Assembly: GCA_964493305.1 (NCBI GenBank)
Contig: CAZBLW010000001.1
Location: forward strand, 113,484 to 177,483
Source of the DNA: an uncultured Gammaproteobacteria bacterium
GTDB taxonomy: Bacteria > Patescibacteriota > Patescibacteriia > S139-126
Reading direction: 5' to 3'
Length of the DNA stretch: 64,000 bases
Under the pieces are notes generated by a model, which was not told where the DNA came from, made no database searches, and saw only the letters and a program-made list of their open reading frames with translations. The position numbers and the translations under genes were made by a program. Shown piece by piece: positions 61,634 to 64,000 of this stretch (position 1 is the stretch's first letter; every line of letters begins with the position of its first letter).

Positions 61634-63424
61634 TTGGTTATGGATCAAGTACAAGAAATAAAAAATAAACTCAATATTGTCGACGTGGTTAAGGAATATG
61701 TTCCTCAACTCAAACAAGCGGGTAGTAATTGGAAAGGTCTTTGTCCTTTTCACAACGAAAAAACCCCTTCTTTTATGGTGTCTCAAGATAAACAATTTTG
61801 GCATTGCTTTGGTTGTGGTGAGGGTGGTGATGTTTTTGAATTTGTAAAAAAAATTGAAAATATTGATTTTGCGGAAAGCTTGCGTATTCTAGCACAAAAA
61901 GCTGGTGTTGTTTTACAAAGACAAGACCCGAAGTTGCTTGATCTGCGTTCGCGACTGATTGATCTTCACCTGGCTGCTGCCAAATTTTTTATGGCGCATT
62001 TATGGCAAACAAAAGGTGGTAGCGATGCTTTATCTTATTTACATGCTAGAGGTTTGACTGATGAAATTATCCAAGAATGGAAGTTGGGTTGGGCGCCTGA
62101 TAGTTTTGATAAGTTGCGCGATCATCTTCACACCAAAGGTTTTAATGACCACGAAATAAAACAATCGGGTTTGGTATTTATCAAGGAACACGGTGAATAT
62201 TATGACCGTTTTCGCGGACGTATTATGTTTCCGTTGTTTGATAGTCATGGTCAAATAATTGCTTTTACCGGCAGATTGTTACAGGAAGTCAAAGGACAAG
62301 GTAAATATGTTAACTCTCCAGAGACGTTGTTGTATGCGAAAGGACGAGTGCTTTATGGTTTATATCAGGGCAAAGAATCTATCAAAAAAAATCATCGCGT
62401 TATCTTGGTTGAAGGTCAAATGGATGTACTTACCTGTCATCAAGCTGGGTTTGATGATGTGGTTGCTTCATCCGGGACAGCTTTGACAACCGAACAATTA
62501 TCCTTGTTAAAAAGGTATGCAGTAGAAATTGTTTTTGCTTTTGATGCTGACAATGCCGGAGCAAAAGCAATTTTGCGAAGTACGGAGTTAGCATTACAAA
62601 CCGGTTGGCGAATTTATGTTTTAGTACTGCCGTCTGGTGAAGATCCAGATTCATTCGTTAAAATACAACCAACTCAATGGAAAAAAATGGTTATTGATGC
62701 CCCAGAATTTATGGAATATTTTTTTAGTTATTATACAACCAATAACAATTTGACTACTTTGACTGGAAAAAAACAAGCAGCCAAAGAATTGTTAGCGCTC
62801 ATTGCTAAATTACCTGACCCGATAGAAAAAGATTTTTATTTACAAAAATTATCAGCTTTGGTAAATATTTCTGAAAATGCTTTGCGGGAAAGTTTACCTT
62901 CCAGCAATCAATCAAAAACCATCAAGCCGGCTACCAATATTTGGCAGGAGATATCTCAGTCGCAACGCATGAGTCAAAGATATTTAGCTTGGTTGTTAGC
63001 TAAACCTGATTGGTGGGGTACAGGGGTAGAACAGATTTTACCAGAGATGTTATCGGGACATGATGAGCAGGAACTTTACAGACAGTTAATCGTATATTAT
63101 ACTAATAACGCTTCACAATGGTCAGAGAGTTTTTTAACCGATGCTGTTTTGGACAAAAAATTAAATTTAACTGAAACGCAACAAAAAACTTTGAAGGTTT
63201 TACAATTGTTAGTGGCTGATCTTAAAGCTATTGCTAGCGAAGCTGATGCATTAAGAGATTGGGAGCAGTTGATCAAAAATATTCAAAAGTTTTATTATCG
63301 TGAACAACTTCAATTACTTAAACAACAAACGATTAAGGCTGAAGCCAATCATGATGAGGAAGGATTAGCAGAGATATCAACTACGATGAGTCAAATATTG
63401 TCACGACTGGCCAGATTACAATAA
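61634..63424 (+). CDS. dnaG: DNA primase
   Basis: 596 aa; CHC2 zinc finger (CPFHNEKTPSF...HCFGCG), TOPRIM (LVEGQMD). Confidence 0.9.
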   Translation: MVMDQVQEIKNKLNIVDVVKEYVPQLKQAGSNWKGLCPFHNEKTPSFMVSQDKQFWHCFGCGEGGDVFEFVKKIENIDFAESLRILAQKAGVVLQRQDPKLLDLRSRLIDLHLAAAKFFMAHLWQTKGGSDALSYLHARGLTDEIIQEWKLGWAPDSFDKLRDHLHTKGFNDHEIKQSGLVFIKEHGEYYDRFRGRIMFPLFDSHGQIIAFTGRLLQEVKGQGKYVNSPETLLYAKGRVLYGLYQGKESIKKNHRVILVEGQMDVLTCHQAGFDDVVASSGTALTTEQLSLLKRYAVEIVFAFDADNAGAKAILRSTELALQTGWRIYVLVLPSGEDPDSFVKIQPTQWKKMVIDAPEFMEYFFSYYTTNNNLTTLTGKKQAAKELLALIAKLPDPIEKDFYLQKLSALVNISENALRESLPSSNQSKTIKPATNIWQEISQSQRMSQRYLAWLLAKPDWWGTGVEQILPEMLSGHDEQELYRQLIVYYTNNASQWSESFLTDAVLDKKLNLTETQQKTLKVLQLLVADLKAIASEADALRDWEQLIKNIQKFYYREQLQLLKQQTIKAEANHDEEGLAEISTTMSQILSRLARLQ

Positions 63425-63462
63425 ATTAAAAATAATTAAATAACAAAAGTTTTTTTAAAATT

Positions 63463-64000
63463 ATGCCCCCGAAAAAGGCAAAAAAATTAAGTTCATCAAA
63501 AAAACCTGCTTCAAAAAAGCAGAGTAAAAAAACATCTACCAAACGCCCAGCCAATCGGCTGGCGAAAAAAAATACAGCCAAGAAAAAAGCTGTGAAAGCT
63601 TCCAAAGCAAAAACAGGAAGCAAAAAAACTACTACTCGTCGGCAAAAATCTTTGCCACCAATTCAAGCTCAAGTTGAAAGAATGCTGCACAAAGGTAAGC
63701 AGCGCGGTTTTTTAACTGAGCAAGAAATTCTTTTTGTATTTCCCGAGGTAGAAGATTATTTGTCAGATTTTTATGTATTTCTTGATAAATTAGATTTAGC
63801 CGCTGTGCAAGTTATTGAATATAGCGGTGGACTTTTGTCAGAAAAAGAAAAACGAGAGGAAGTATTAAAACACGCCGGTTTTGGTATTGATAAAAAACGA
63901 CTTGATTTGACCGATATTTCCGCTGACTCGATTCAAATGTATCTGCGGGAAATTGGTAAAGTTCCTTTATTGTCTTCCGAAGAAGAATTGCAATTGGCCA
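63463..64000 (+). CDS. rpoD: RNA polymerase sigma-70 factor RpoD (5' partial; runs off the window end)
   Basis: Not in the ORF track because no stop lies within the window. Lys-rich N-terminal tail, then region 1.2 DSIQMYLREIGKVPLLSSEEE; conserved dnaG-rpoD order. Confidence 0.75.
   Translation, partial: MPPKKAKKLSSSKKPASKKQSKKTSTKRPANRLAKKNTAKKKAVKASKAKTGSKKTTTRRQKSLPPIQAQVERMLHKGKQRGFLTEQEILFVFPEVEDYLSDFYVFLDKLDLAAVQVIEYSGGLLSEKEKREEVLKHAGFGIDKKRLDLTDISADSIQMYLREIGKVPLLSSEEELQLA

Noticed and set aside
63426-63623. 65-aa minus-strand ORF
   Set aside because: Antisense to the rpoD N-terminal Lys-rich coding region; spurious.

Overview
This is a low-GC (~35%), gene-dense bacterial window whose gene content and compact proteins look Patescibacteria/CPR-like. 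Most of it is housekeeping backbone: holA, rpsT, a RibF-like/TruB fusion, folD, uvrB, ruvA, a Mur ligase, rpoB-rpoC, trpS, RNase J, secG, uvrC, uvrA, groES-groEL preceded by a perfect CIRCE operator, ppsA, an ABC transporter, ccdA, mutM, sodA and dnaG-rpoD. I hand-folded eight tRNA genes: a Gly-Pro-Phe-Ile cluster, Arg, Leu and two tRNA-Ser. The accessory material is one ~17.5 kb block (36514-54056) immediately downstream of tRNA-Ser(GGA), closed at its far end by a 19-nt direct repeat of that tRNA's 3' end. It carries an HTH regulator and a complete type I R-M system (hsdM-hsdS-hsdR). An ABC/AAA15-type ATPase with a C-terminal R-N-x3-H (HEPN-like) motif sits between hsdM and hsdS, making it a PrrC/RloC-like anticodon-nuclease candidate. 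hsdS carries a 4x tandem 12-bp (ELEA) repeat in its spacer-setting region. Beyond hsdR lies a higher-GC satellite/prophage-like module: serine recombinase, TerL, TerS-like, a ParB-MTase fusion, and a LexA-like S24 repressor driven by a consensus leaderless promoter. This module also encodes a GIY-YIG protein and an RNase HII-like fusion protein, but no capsid or tail genes. The most unusual sequence-level observation is a ~90-nt conserved core (93% identical) present twice, at 261-350 (+) and 53928-54017 (-). Each copy is bracketed by inverted tRNA-3'-end-derived sequences specific to the neighbouring tRNA (Gly and Ser respectively). One copy is a ~140-bp mini-element beside tRNA-Gly; the other is the terminal segment of the 17.5 kb island. 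No CRISPR array or rRNA is present.
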